From positions 89,466,001 through 89,530,000 of the forward strand of contig NC_043005.1 of the NCBI RefSeq assembly GCF_006345805.1: DNA of 64,000 nucleotides. The letters run 5' to 3'. Shown piece after piece: positions 48,501 through 62,083 of the stretch. The stretch is from Octopus sinensis (lineage: Eukaryota). The position numbers and the translations under genes were made by a program. Position 1 is the stretch's first letter; the number at the start of each line of letters is the position of its first letter. Under the pieces are notes generated by a model. The model was not told the DNA's origin. It ran no database searches and worked only from the letters and a program-made list of their open reading frames with translations.

Positions 48501-49137
48501 AGTACCTTGAAAGATGAAAAAAAAATCTTATTAATATATTGACCTTGTGCCAAAAATTAGAATTATTATTGGATGGTAGATTGACAGAATTGTTAGAGCA
48601 TTAGAAAAATGGCTGTGCAGTATTTCTTTCAGCTCTTTACACTCTGAGTTCAATTCTCACTGGAGTCAACTTTGCCCTTCATTCTTTTATTCTTAATAAA
48701 AGGAAATACCCGTCATGTACTGGGATTAATGTGATCTACTAATCCTTTGATCTCAATATTGTTGGCCTTGTACCTATGTCAAAATTCATTAATTTGTGGA
48801 GTTGGCCTTAATACAATAGGCAAGCCATAATGTTTTTGGCTTTCTTAATTTTCTGCTATTTCAGTGTTGTCAGTTAAATTTTTCTAGGGTCAACAATGTC
48901 TTTCTGCTCTTTGGGTTGTTAAAGCAGCTAATAATAATAATAATAATCTGGTCTAAAAATCAATTGGCTGTATCTCTCTCCAGCAAAGTTGGCTTTGTGC
49001 CTTGTTGTAAAAATCTCATTGTTTTCAGTGGCATAAGTTCCAGTTCCAATGTTTACAAACCAGTTTCAAGTCATAGAACTGAATAATAAGACACTGGTTG
49101 GTTCTTGTTACTGTTGTTGTTGCTGCTGCTGCTGATA

Positions 49138-50966
49138 ATTTCACATTTTGGCACAAGGCCAGCAATTTAAAGGAGAGTGGGGCAGTGTTGATTAAATTGA
49201 CTGGTGCTTAATTCTATTGACTCCGAGAAGAGGAAAGACAAAATTGACCTTGGTTGGATTAGAACCCAGAACAAATACTGCAAAGCATTTTCTCTGCTTT
49301 AATGATTCTGCCACTCGCTGCCTTAACAACAATAATAATAATAATAATAATAATCCTTTCTACAGAAGGCACAAGGCCTGGAATTTTGGGAGAGGGGGCG
49401 GGCTAGTCGATTACATTGGCCCAAATATTCATCATTATCCAGTGTTTTAAATCTGGGTTTTGTACCCGTTAACTGGGGTGCCCAGATCTACCTGAATGTC
49501 ATAGCAACAGAGGTAGGCAGGTGCAGCCCACCCCAACCTTTGGGCTGGCTGGTGCCTATTCTCCTTTGCTATCATGAGGCTTTTTTGGAGCTGGATTTTC
49601 TATGGGGAATATGCCCTTGCTTACCCCCAACCTCAGTTTCTAGACATGAGTGGTCCCAAGACCAAGGATTCCAACATGAGTTTTAAGAAATGTGGTAGAA
49701 AACTAGCTCAGGAAGGCAGGGACGCTACTCCCTGAGACCACTTTTGGAGCCCCCCCCCTACCTATTCAACTGATACTTAATTTATCGACCCTGAAAGGCA
49801 AAGTTGACCTCCGTGGAATTTGAACTCAGAACATAGCGACAGGTGAAATACCTCTAAGCATTTCGTCCAGCGTGCTAACGATTTTGCCAGCTTGCCGCTT
49901 TAGAATAATAATAATTCTTTGTAATGTAGACACAAGGCCTAAAGTTTCATGGGAGGATGCTAGTCAATTACATTGATCCCAGTGTATGACAGATTATTAT
50001 TTTATCAACCATGAATGGAGGAAAGCTAAAGTCTACCTCAGCGGAATTTGAACTCAGAATGTAAAGAGAGAATGAAATGTTGTTATGCATTCTGTCTGGC
50101 ATGCAAACAATTCTGTCAGCTTGCTGCCTTTGAAATAATAATCATCATCATTGTTTAATGTCCGTTTTCTGTGCAGGCATGGGTTGGATGGTTTGACTGA
50201 GGTTTGGAGAGCCAGTGGTTGCACCAAGCTCCGATCTGATCTGGCAATGTTTCTACAGCTGGATGCCCTTCCTAATGCCAACCACTCCGAGAGTATAGTG
50301 GGCGCTTTTTATGTGTCACTGGCAAGGGAGCCAGTCAGGTGGTACTGGCCACGTTTGGATTGTGCTTTTTATGTGCCACTGGCATGGGGAAATAATTATA
50401 ATAATTATAATTTCAAATTTTGGCTCAAAACTAACAATTTTAGTGGGAGTGGATTTAGCCGATTAAACTGACTCCAGTATTTGACTGGTACTTAATTTTA
50501 TTGACCCCGAAAGGGATGAGAGGCAAAGTCAACCTCGGCAAATTGGAATTCAGAATGTAAAGATGGATGGAATGCCGCTAAGCATTTTACCCAGCATGCT
50601 AACATTTCTGCCAGCTCACCACCTTAATAATGATAATGGTTTAAAATTTTGGCTGTAAAGCCAGCAGTTTTTGGAGAGGATTAAGTTGACCCCAGCACTC
50701 AACTAGTATTTTATTGACTTTGAAAGGATGAATGGCAAAATTGGTTTTGGTGTTGTTTCAGATTCTGGCATAAGGCCAGCAATTTAGGGAGTGGGTATTA
50801 GTTAATTATACTGACCCCAGTATTTGACTGGTACTTTGACCTCCAAAGGATTGAAAGGCAGAGTTGACCTTGATAGTATTTGAGCTCAAAGTGTAAAGTG
50901 CCAGAAGGCACGTTGCTAAACATTTTGTCTGATGTGCTAACGATTCTGCCAGCCAGCTGCTGCCTT
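49138..50966 (-). mobile_element. Array of ~6 same-orientation SINE family C copies with a nested insert (49430-49768) and a family B copy (50141-50385)
   Basis: Repeated GGCACAAGGCC...GACCCCAG...AAAGTTGACCT...GAACTCAGAA...GCTAACGATT.TGCCAGC modules separated by (AAT)n. Confidence 0.85.
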
Positions 50967-52034
50967 TATTAATAATAATGATAATAATTGCTGAAATCAC
51001 CATCATCTACCCTGTCATTATTACTTTTATATCTTTTCCTATAAAAAATTCTAGCTAGTCTTTCTTTTTTTTTTTCACTCCCTATTTTTCGTCTCTCTAC
51101 CCCTTTCACCTTTTTGCCTTTTTTTAGATTTCTATTCTTGAATTCTGTGATAGTATTCACTGTACAAATGAGTTTGACTACCTCCAACCCTAGGCTCTAA
51201 TTAACCTGTCAAATGGTTCTTGACCCTGAGTCCATTATGTAATGTCAGCATTGTGGTGAATTAGTTCCACCCAAAGCATCCTGGTTTCCAGAAACACACA
51301 ACTAAAACAGTAAATGAGACAATGACAGGTTAGTTGAAACAGCCAAACTTGTCATCTGCTTCAGATAAATACAAACTTGATAACCCACTTAAGAAAACCC
51401 ACGGGTCAACTGACAATTTAACAGAATTAACAAAACAAAAACAAATCATTTAAAATTTGGCGAAGGAGAAAAAAAAAGATAATGTTGAAAATGTTAAAAT
51501 ATATTTACAATAATGTTTTTATTTTGTTTCATAAAGAATTTTCTTTTTTTTCTCATTTTCCCTTTAGTGTTACAATTGTGTTGTATAGTTTTATACAATT
51601 GTAAAAGTTTACAGTTCCATGCTGCACCAGGGCTTGGAGTCACACACACGTGTGTGTGTGTGTGTCTGTCTGATCTATGTGTCTTGTCATCATGTGATGA
51701 TTCTAAATGAGTGCTACTATCACAGAAGCTGTTTGTTTCCAGTCTTCCTTGCAAGACATGTTTGGCCATGGAAATATTACTTTACTTCGAAATGGGTGAG
51801 GTTTGGCAACAGGGAGTGGATCCAGCCATAGAAAATCTGCCTCAACAAATTCTTGTGTTTCTATCTCAGAAATAATAGGCTGGCAAATTAGCTCAGTTGT
51901 CCAAAGTTAAAATATCCCACCCTTTTGGTCATTTTTGTTGTCTTTTTCTTGTCTTGGATCTTCTTTTGTCGGTTTTAGGAGGCTACATCTCTGTAATGTC
52001 TTTATATCTTTTTCATTTTGTTTTGAATGGATTG

Positions 52035-52390
52035 GTGTGGCTGTGTGGTAAGAGGCTTATTTCCCAGCCACATGGTTCCTGGTTCAAAGTCTTCTATAAC
52101 CTCTGGCTGACCAAAGCCTTGTGGGTGGCAGAAACAGGAAGAAGCCTCTGATGAAGTCCTGGATAAAGATAAGGATATAATCTGTGTGTGTATCTTTGTG
52201 TCTGTGTTTGCCCCCCCCCCACACACACACTTGACAACCATTGTTGGTGTGTTTATGTCCCTATAACTTAGCAGTTCAGCAAAAGAAACCAGGCTTAAAA
52301 AGAAAATAAGTACTGGGGTCAATTCATTCAACTAACAATTCTTCAAGGTGGTGCTCCAGCATGGCCACAGTCTAATGACTGAAACAACTA
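52035..52390 (+). mobile_element. SINE family A with internal deletions
   Basis: GTGTGGCTGTGTGGTAAGAG...CAGCATGGCCACAGTCTAATGACTGAAAC. Confidence 0.85.
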
Positions 52391-52989
52391 AATGAATCTT
52401 GTGTCATTCTACTTCTGATGTCTGTCTGTTTTTGACGTGTTGATAATTTCCAAAGCTGCCATGAAACAAGTATTTTACACAAATGAGACTGTGTGGTCTC
52501 GCTCTTCATTTGGTTCCATTTCGTTGGACATCCTGGTTCCATTCTACTCCTTTTACACAACCGTACAAAGCTGATGTCATTGGTTTTTACTTTGAAACAA
52601 TCCCTCAGAGCTATGGGATGAAGTTGGAAAATAATCTGCCATCCATAATTTAAAGTGGGATTGTGACCTAGTTTGTGATGCCCATCCGACTTCATGGGAC
52701 ACTGTTGACCATTTTATAAATAGTGGTTAGTAGTAGCAATGGTAGGAATTCTCTGTCTCTTCATATCAGTGATGATGTCACTGCTCATTCTTCGAAAATA
52801 ACCCAGTTTTGTAATCTTGGCACCTCCATACATCACTTTGCCTCATTGCAGATAAAATAAGTTCTTCGTCTCACTCTCCAACTTCCTTCTTGTCCCTTTG
52901 TTTCTTCTCTTCTATCAAAACCTCAAACCTTTCAACTTCAATTACAACATTCAACCATGCATTTTGCTCTAAATCAAGAAACAAACAAA

Positions 52990-53302
52990 CTGTCCCTCCA
53001 TTGGTTACCACGATGAGGATTCCAGTTGATCTGATCAACAAAACGGCCTGCTCGTGAAATTAATGTGCAAGTGGCTGAGTACTCCACAGACATGCATACC
53101 CTTAACGTAGTTCTCAGGGAGATTCAGTATGACAAGGCTGGCCCTTTGAATTACAGGTACAGCTAATTTTTTCTCGGTGAGTGGACTGAAGCAGTGTGAA
53201 ATAAAGTGTCTTGCTCAAGGAGACAATGTGTCACTAGGTATTGAACTTGTGATGTTACGCTTGTTAGCTGAATGCCCTAATCACTGAGCTGTGTGCTTTC
53301 AC
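52990..53302 (-). mobile_element. tRNA-derived SINE family E
   Basis: Minus strand GTGAAAGCACACAGCTCAGTGATTAGGGCATTC...AAGTTCAATACC...TCCTTGAGCAAGACACTTTATTTCAC..CAGTCCACTCA. Confidence 0.7.
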
Positions 53303-53677
53303 AAGAAACAAATGTTTGTGAAATGTTACTTTTCTCTTATTTTCCTCTTTTTTTTTCTTCTTAATTTCATTTGTAACTCGCCCCCCCCCCCTATTTTGCT
53401 CACCAATATACACCCGTAAATGAACACTGAGGTGTCTGAATACTTCAGCAATATGTCAATCTGTTGCACTTTCAGTTTGAACCTCTTAATGTCCATTTTC
53501 ATCGTTTGTTTCTTTCTACCAAGAGGAGATTTTGATTTAGTTGATTTTTGTATCGACTCCTTTTTAAAGGGCCAATGAGAAATAAAGCCCCTCCCCACAA
53601 AGCTTATTTTTACCAAACTATACTCTGCATTGATTTTACTTTCCCATCACATGGCATTTCCTCTTTCGTTATCTTCT

Positions 53678-54030
53678 GCTTGTTTCAGTCATTGGACTGC
53701 GGCCATGCTGGGGTACTGCCTCAAAGAATGAATTGACCCCAGGACTTATTCTTTCTTTCAAAGCTTGGAACTTATTCTATTGGTCTCTTTTACTGAACTG
53801 CTAAGTTATGGGGGATGTAAACTCACCAACACTGATTGTCGAGTAGTTATGAGGAACATACACACACATACTTTGGGCTCCTTTCAGTTTCCATCTACCA
53901 AATCCACTCACAAAGCTTTGATCAGTCCAAGGCTATAAGTAGAAGACACGTACCCAAGGTGTCATGTAGTGAGACTGAAACTGGAACCATGTGGTTGGGA
54001 AGCAAGCTTTTTACTACACAGCCACGCCTG
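53678..54030 (-). mobile_element. SINE family A
   Basis: CTTGTTTCAGTCATTGGACTGCGGCCATGCTGGGG to TTACTACACAGCCACGCCTG. Confidence 0.88.
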
Positions 54031-54556
54031 AATTTTCTTTTAACAGTTTCGACAATATTTTATTTTTAGACTTAAAACTTCTCAGAACTAATAAAAGGCA
54101 AAGTTGACCTTGGTAGAATTTAAACTAGAAATCATAATATTAAAAGACTTCTCTTGGCTTTATAGTATCAAGATTTGTGTCTGTTAGTTGGAGATGTAGT
54201 AGGAACGAATATATTTTGGTAGCAGCCACCGGTAGACCATCTCTAAAGCTATTTCAATTCTAGCAACGGCTGTCTTTAGATATCATAAGACAAATTAATA
54301 CAGCTGTGTAGTAATGGCTTTCTCTATTATGTTTTGTACTATGTAGGAACTATCTGAAGATGTTGTTTTAGCTGCTGTTTCTAGGAGGTTACCCTCCCAC
54401 TGATCCAAATGTTCCAGCTGTGAACCCTTTTAAAAAAAATATTCCCAGATACAGAGTATCTGGAACTAAACAATCCAATGTGTCCATTCTTTTTTTAAGA
54501 TGTGATTTAATGGAGATGAGGTTGTTAGTCCTTGCTGATCAGGCCATTGTGTATGA

Positions 54557-54790
54557 CAATGGCTCTCAACAGGGCTCCATATAACCCTTGGGGTCCACAT
54601 AAGATTTCATGCACGAAATTGGAGATGCTTCTGCAATACACAAAATATTTACATTTTTTTAATCCAATTCCTAATCTAATTACAAAAATGTGATTTTCTT
54701 AAACACTGACTGGCTATGAGGGTTCACCTGAGTAAAACAGGAATCAAATGGGTTGATAGGTAAAAGAAAAAAACCGGCTGATATCTACTT
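54557..54790. mobile_element. hAT/Charlie-like MITE, decayed
   Basis: CAATGGCTCTCAAC.GGG.TCC start; body similar to 57942-58198. Confidence 0.5.
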
Positions 54791-55931
54791 GTATAGGAGT
54801 TCCCTTCATTTATCTGTGATATAGTTTGTTATAAGTCACTTTTGTAATTTAAAATTTTCTTCTATCTATTTCTAGAAGGTTTAGATTTTGGCCAAGCAAG
54901 ATATAATGAAGCAAGGAACAAGAATTAGGGAATTGGTTTAGAACCGAATATAAACAAGGGATTAATTATGTATTATCATTTAGATGTTCTGTATATCTCA
55001 GCTTGATAATGCCAAACATTTATGTATACTTAGAGTGTATTTCTTTGAAGTTTTGTGTTTACAGCTCAACTTTTTACTTTGAGGGAAACATTTGTGGATT
55101 AAAACTTTTGATCCTCTTGATAAGGATCAGTTTTAAGTGTTTCATGTTTGTTAAACATGGTTTTTTTTTTTTCTGTTGGTACAATTTTATTTTGGTGTGA
55201 TTTCGGTCTTTTCTCCAAGACAACAAAATCTCTTTAGTTTGGTATTTTCTCAGTACTTTCTTGCTATTTCTAAACTGCCAAGGGGCTGATGTATTATCCA
55301 CAGTTGGTGCTTATTGATCTTCAGTTTGGTTTTGTCTTGGAACAAAATATCACTGTTTACTGTGTTTTCTGTGTAATGTTATATTCCCAGTAGTAAATAA
55401 TTTAAATTTTATTTTTTTATTATTTCTAATCTTTATCTGATTGACTAAACAGTTCAGTTTCCTTTTCTGGAAGAATATGAACGGAGTTACACTGTGAGTC
55501 CTAAAACTTGTTGGCAAACTTGCAGCAACAGTGCTGTGGTTATTAGTATTGTAAACAAGTATCCACTCTCACTGCTGACATGTTATAGGAAATCTGGCTG
55601 TTTTGTGTAATTCCTCTTCTACAAGCTTTGTTCGATATAAGGCTACCATACTTGTGTTGATTTGGAAGGGTGACAGCTATGGTCTACCAGACCGGGTTGA
55701 ATAAAAGAAACTAGAAACACCAGCAGTAAAATATAATGGTGGTTGTGATGATGATGATGATGGTGGCAAGAATTATAGTTACTCAATAGTATTGTTAGTT
55801 GATGTAAATAAACAATTTCTTTTGAGAAATTCCATAAAATGTAAAATAGAAAATTCATTAAAATAGATGATATAATTTTTTTTATAAAGTGAACTGTGAA
55901 AGGGATTCTTAAAAATTTCTGTGGAGTTTAA

Positions 55932-56067
55932 CCCTTTGAGCCCTGACTGCCTGAACCATATTCGATCCTATACCTTGCTTCCTGATGCACTCCCCTGGTA
56001 CAATGATGTTATGGTAAAGAGAAAAATAAGCCATCCACCGGTAAACCAGTGTTACGGGCTCAAAGGG
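55932..56067. mobile_element. 136-bp piggyBac-type MITE
   Basis: TTAA|CCCTTTGAGCCC ... GGGCTCAAAGGG|TTAA: perfect 12-bp TIR and TTAA target-site duplication. Confidence 0.9.
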
Positions 56068-57568
56068 TTAATAACAAACATTTTTCTAATGTTTGTTTTT
56101 TTGTAGGTAATTGTTTAAAATGACTTATGGTGTCTGATATAGGTGATTATTGGAAATGGAGGAGTTCAGGAGACAGGGTACTCAGTCATAAGGTCAAAAG
56201 TTAATTTTTCATAGTTTTAAAAGCATTCTGTGGTTTTATATCAGCACAGATCCCATTTAATAGTGGAGTTGTAATTCGTGGAAACTCATTTGTGTAGAAA
56301 TTCACTTATGTAGAAAGATTTGCTTCAGCAGTTTGTATGAATTTATGTATAGTTAATTAATTGGGTGCTATTATATGAGTCAACCAAAATGTTTTAATGA
56401 CTTAAAATTACCCTCATTATGAAGTAGGAAATAACTCAGTAATTTTTGTCAAGGAAAGCAACCTTGAAAGTCAAATGAATTAAAAATTGAATAGGATTGT
56501 TGGGTGGCAGGTTCATATAGAAACTCACTAGATTCTAGAATGATTGATGGGATAATGATTTATAAACACTGATAGAATAAAGATTCTCTCAGATTTCGTG
56601 CTGAAGAGAGCAAATAATACTGAAACATGTTCAGCTCTCACTGTCTTTGTTAACTATCAGATTCACTTCCTTCCTACTTAACACCTTTTCACTTTTTGGG
56701 TAATTCTGATTTTGAGTTTGATACTGTCTCTTGACAAAAATATTAATGCTAATGATCTTTCCTTGTTACATGTGTCATTTTAATTGAATAATGTTTGGGG
56801 AGATCTCCACATAACTTAGGCTAACCTGTCCCCTACTTAACTGTGTGTTCTTCACTGAGAGGCATATCTGGGAGAATTTTCCTGGGTCTTTGCTGCCCTA
56901 GATTTGTTAGAATAGTAAAAAGAGATGTGTTGATTAGTCTCTAAAGAGTTAATTATATAGAAAGAATATTGTAAATTATTTAACTATGGTGGTGGTGGTG
57001 GTGGTGGAGAGTTGATGGAATGATGTGGAGTTGGTTAAGCTGGCTATTAAAACTGGGTGAAAAGGGGTGAACTAGAAGTGATTTGGTGCAGGGGCAATGT
57101 GAATTGGGTTAAGCTGTAAAATTGGTTGTAACTGAAAAGTTTTCTTTCCTGCAGATGTTATCAGCAACAGACAAACATGTCTGAAGTGGTGTGAGCCATA
57201 TGTTGAAATGGGATAACATAAGATGGCAAATCATGATGGAAGATAATTTGAAGAGAGCTGGGTCACAGAAGATGTGGAATAAAAACTGTTGGTTGTCTAG
57301 TTGTGCTGCTGCCTGACCTCAGAGAGGGTTAAGCAACCATCAGTATTGTTGTTATTCTCCTCATCAGGCTTCTCAGCTTTTGTTTATCCTATTTTCACAG
57401 CTCACTCCCTGGTTTTGGTGATCTTCTGTGCTCCTTTCTTTTAGATGTTGTGGAGTGGGGCTTTAGCTGTGGGAGAGTGAATGTCTTTATTGCAAATTTT
57501 TGGGTGTATAGAGTGAGTCAAGCATTCCTTTAGATATGCCCCACTTATACTATTTATAAGCCTTGTCT

Positions 57569-57700
57569 ATCATCATCATTTAACGTCTGTTTTTCCATGC
57601 TGGCATGGGTTGGATAGTTTGACAGGAAACCGGAGGGCTGTACCAGGCTCTAGTCATCTATTTTGGCATGATGTCTATGGCTGGATGCCCTTCCTAATGC
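57569..57700 (-). mobile_element. SINE family B fragment
   Basis: ATCATCATCATTTAACGTCTGTTTTTCCATGCTGGCATGGG...GGCTGGATGCCCTTCCTAATGC. Confidence 0.8.
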
Positions 57701-57941
57701 AAAGGCCATTTCTGTTGTTGGTTGAAAGTTGTAAGGAAAAACCAAGGTGCTTTTATGGCTGTAAGAGTTGTTCTCATTTCAAGAAGACGAGACTCTTTGT
57801 ATCTTATCACCACCATCATCACTTCTACTATTTCTGCAGCATCATCTTATTTTATATAAAATAGTTCAGGTTTGGGGAGAAAAAAAATTATGGATGTGTC
57901 ACAATGAAAGTGATGAGAAGGCAGGTTTAATGTGTTTAGAC

Positions 57942-58198
57942 TATTGAGTCTAAACCAGGAGCCACATGACCCTTAAGGATCCTTATTAGATTTTACTGTT
58001 AACATTTTGGTGCAGTAGATTAGTTGTACAATGCACAAAATATTGTAACAATTTTAAAAAAATAAAATTCCTAGTAATATTTAATTACAAAAATATAATA
58101 GGATTTTTTAAAACATTGAATGATTAGGAGAGTTCATTAGAGTGAAATAGGGGTGAAAGGGGTCCGTCCATTGGGGGAAAAATGATTGTGAACCACTG
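57942..58198. mobile_element. hAT/Charlie-like MITE
   Basis: Ends GATTGTGAACCACTG; flanked by GTTTAGAC / GTTTAGAT (8-bp TSD, 1 mismatch). Confidence 0.65.
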
Positions 58199-59324
58199 GT
58201 TTAGATACTTGGGATGGGTTAGCCTTGTAAGTAGTAGTAAGATTAGCTAATGGGTTAGTTCAGCATTGAGTGTGATTACAAGGGGTTAGAAAGTGGGAGT
58301 CTGTCTTTAGAAAAAAATGTTATCAAGTAGATGCACTTTTTCCTAGCATCTGTGTAGCTGCACCAATCTAGATGTGAGAATGGTTGTGTGGTAGTGTATT
58401 TCTTCATGAACTGATGACCAGCACATGGATAGATAAGACTCATTGTTAGGCCCATAAAAGGGATACCCAGCCTCATGTTCAAATATGTTTTCCATGAAAA
58501 GTTAAAAGGAAATTTGTAAAGCTTTAGTTGAAAGCCATTTTCTTTTTGTGCCCCTATAACACACAAACTCACATAAAGAATCTTGCAAACCAAATCCCAA
58601 AACGAAATATTTAGTTGAAAGGTTACCATCTAATTCTGGGTAGAGTTAGGATTAAACACATTGCATCCCTGGTCACCTATTTTTTATTTTTTTTCTAAAT
58701 ATAATGTATCAAGGCCTTCATTATTCAGTGTGATCATTACTTCTTAAACAGTTGGGTGGGATTTGAGAAAGTTGTTGTTGCTATTTCTTGCCGGCTGAGC
58801 TGCTTTATATAAGTTGGCACATGACTTTATATTGGACCAGTAGTGTTCCATTTTGTTTTTGTTAAACTATCTTCTCTTCTTATTCTAATATTTTATATGA
58901 TACACAAATTAGAGGAAAGTGGATGGCTTATTCCTTTTCAAAATGATAAAATAATAATTAATAAATATTATTTCTAAGTTAATACGAAACAAACTTTTAA
59001 AAAGGTAGCTTTTAAAGATGTCTACCTTATGTTGAAATACACATTCCGTGATTCTGCTGGGATTAGGTTTACCAACCAACAGGACTGTTACCATCTGTGT
59101 ACTCTCCATTCTTCCTGTCAAGTTACCATCTGTATTGTCTTAACATGTGTACACATGCACAAAAATATACACCCACACTTTCTCTACATATCTACACACT
59201 CACACGCACACATCTATGCTTAAGCTATGGGGCTAATCATATACATATAAGCAGACAAAAACTTTTACTGGTTCTAATATTCTAGTTCCTAATTCAAAAT
59301 GTTTATTTATCATCAATACACACA

Positions 59325-59805
59325 TCATCATCATCGTTTAACGTCCGTTTTCCATGCTAGCATGGGCTGGATGGTTTGACCGTGGTTTGGGAAGCCAGGA
59401 AGCTGCTCCAGTCTGATCTGGCAGTGTTTCTACAGCTTGTTGGCCTTCCTAATACCAACCACTCCGTGAGTGTAGTCGATGCTTTTTACGTGCTGCCGGC
59501 ACAGGGGCTTGAGGAGGCTGGCAACGGCCACGATCGGTTGGTGCTTTTTACGTGCCACTGGCATGGAAGCCAGTTAAGGTGGCGCTGGCATCAACCACGT
59601 TTGGATGGTGCTTTTTATGTGCCACCAGCACAGGTATCACAACTACAATTTCCATTTGATTTTCATTTTGATGGTGTACTTGACTCAATAGGTCTCCTCA
59701 AGCACAACAGGTTGCCCTATGATCTAAGGTAAGCACAGTAGGTCGTCCTACGATCCAAGGTACACTTGAATGGGCCGGGGCTGGTTATGCGAAACTGGTG
59801 TTGGA
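59325..59805 (-). mobile_element. Long family B element (3 internal repeats plus extended upstream part)
   Basis: (CAT)nCGTTTAACGTCCGTTTTCCATGCTAGCATGGG start; continues through CACAACTACAATTTCCATTTG and a ~29-bp tandem pair AGCACA..AGGT.G.CCTA.GATC.AAGGT. Confidence 0.8.
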
Positions 59806-59897
59806 TGTATATCTGTTTGTTCATACACATAAACACTCACACTCACTTTTATGCAAAGCTTGAAAAATTCATACATACATATATATATAAGAAAATA

Positions 59898-60266
59898 TAA
59901 CAAGAGCACTCAGAGAGTGCAAACCTCCACCAAGGCAACACCAATGTCCTCTCAACGATTAGCCAGAGATGAATTTTAAAATGAGAATATCTGAAATAAA
60001 CTCGACTGCTCTCACAAACGAAAGTACTAAAAACAAACCTGACCACTCTCAAAAATTAAGTAAAAAAAAATGAGGAAAAATAATCCAGGATCCTTGTTCA
60101 GTACCAGATCAATCCCAAGATCTAATCAGTTCATGCCAGTCATGAGGCCAAACACCCCTGAAAGCTTCACCCGAATCCATCCACTGGTTCTCAAGTTATC
60201 TTGTTCATGGACAAACAAACATGATTGGAAACAATACCTCCGCCTTAGCGAAGGTGGAGGTAATAA
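59898..60266 (-). mobile_element. Helentron-associated non-autonomous element (HINE/DINE-like)
   Basis: Minus strand begins TTATTACCTCCACCTTCGCTAAGGCGGAGGT (subterminal palindrome) and ends CCTTGGTGGAGGTTTGCACTCTCTGAGTGCTCTTGTT (sub-TIR plus short hairpin, TT junction). Confidence 0.7.
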
Positions 60267-60761
60267 ACACGAGATTGTCATTTGTTCTTAAGTACCTTTC
60301 ACTGTCATGGTTATTTGTAATCTTTGCAGCAGATGTTCCAAACACAGTTGAATGCTGAACTACAACAAACCATCAAGGAAATCGTTTATTGCATTATGTT
60401 ACACGCACGCACGTGCACAGAGAATGTGCCACAGAGAGACAAAGAAATTTACAAAAAAACTAAAGAGGAATGTAAACATACCCTACCTCTCATCAACTGT
60501 TGGCCAAACATCATCACAGTTTCCATATCTTCTGAAAGTGTTGTTTAGTTTGGTGGTGTCAGCAATGTGGAAGCTACTGGGATATGAATAAGTGGACACA
60601 AAAGACTGGACAGGCAGAGAAAATAGTTTAGACAAGCTTGGTATCAGAAAAAGCTTTGACTGAATGGTAAATTAAGTTGAGTTTTGGAGAGACTGGGGAC
60701 AAAAAAAATACAAAACAAAACGTCTATATAAATACATAGTCTTTTGATATGACAGATTATG

Positions 60762-60808
<47 letters not shown>

Positions 60809-60879
60809 TATTTATCCTCCCATCGCCTGGCCTAAAGCCAGCTCCTTCAAGACTCCTCCACCCTAATTTGAAGAGTGTC

Positions 60880-61140
60880 TTGTGAGCTAGATGGTGACCT
60901 CTCTATTGCCAGTGCTACATAAAATCACTGAGCAAACTCTGAAGTGGTTGGTGTGAAGGAGGGCATCCAGCTGTAGAGGCCATGCCAAAACAGACAAATG
61001 GAGCTCGATGCAATCCTCTGGCTTGCCAGCCTCCTGTTAAACTGCTTGACCCATGCTAGCATGTAAAAGGGGCATTAAATGATGATGACTTGCACATGCT
61101 CCAGCATGGCCACAGTCAAATGACTGAAACAAGTAAAAGA
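60880..61140 (+). mobile_element. SINE family B (forward, (GAT)n tail) followed by a family A 3' end
   Basis: GGAGGGCATCCAGCTGTAG...CCCATGCTAGCATG...TTAAATGATGATGA, then CCAGCATGGCCACAGTCAAATGACTGAAACAAG. Confidence 0.78.
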
Positions 61141-61908
61141 TTTAAAAAAAAAAGAGTACACACACACACATTCATATTATACAAATATAGATTGATCTTT
61201 ATGATTTCCCCCACTGTAAACACTGTGTGTGTGTGTGTGTGTGTATAATATTTTTGGTTATTTATTTTTTATTAGTGAAGATGATCCAAAGGGTTTTAGC
61301 TGAATCTGTTGCTGGACTGATTATAGCAAAGATGTTTATGTATGGAGGGTGTATTTTAGTAAATTTCATATATGGAAGCTACTACTGCCAATGAAAGATA
61401 AGTTGCTGAAAATATCTCCCACTAATCATATGTTTGTGAGGATTCAGTAGAAACATTTTTGATGGTAAGAATAACAGAAGCAACAGGAAGTAGTTTCCTT
61501 ATCATAGAATGTACTCCCCCACACCCTGTACTTGGTGGAAAATAGGTAACACATATTCAGTGACCCCCAGCTATATATTTTCCCTCTGGAATACTATTTT
61601 ATGATGTAAAAAAGAAATAAATAAACAGACAGCAAGATTTCCAATTGTGTTGCATCTTGTAAGTGTAACAGTCATTATTTGAAATTGCATTTCTCTTTGG
61701 CTTTGGTCACAGCTTGTCTCTTTGTGTTGTTATAAACAGCAGTTATTTGCTTGGTAAATCATTTATTTTACTCACTTTCTTCAACTACTATTGTGGGTTA
61801 GTCCTTTAACTCAACCCATAACCAAGCAGATTTATTGTCTTGAGGTGTTGCAGTGATGACTTCTTGTTGTCTCTGTTTCAGATATAGTGTAGGTTGTAGG
61901 GTTTAGAG

Positions 61909-62083
61909 CAGTGTTTTTCAGACTTTTTTCAAACTGAAGGGTTGGGACCCACACGTTGGAAAACGCTGGTTTATGTTCTGCACTCTGTACCCACTTGTGC
62001 TCCTTTTTCTTTCCTTTTTTGTTATGACCCATTTTATCTTGCGATCCACTGAAGGGTTGGGACCCGTAGTTTGCAAAATACTG
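61909..62083. mobile_element. hAT/Charlie-type MITE with perfect 8-bp TSD
   Basis: GTTTAGAG|CAGTGTTTTTCA ... TTGCAAAATACTG|GTTTAGAG; internal duplicated CTGAAGGGTTGGGACCC. Confidence 0.88.

Noticed and set aside
49138-50966. Repeat-spacer-like pattern
   Set aside because: Units are ~200-bp diverged SINE copies, not short identical repeats.
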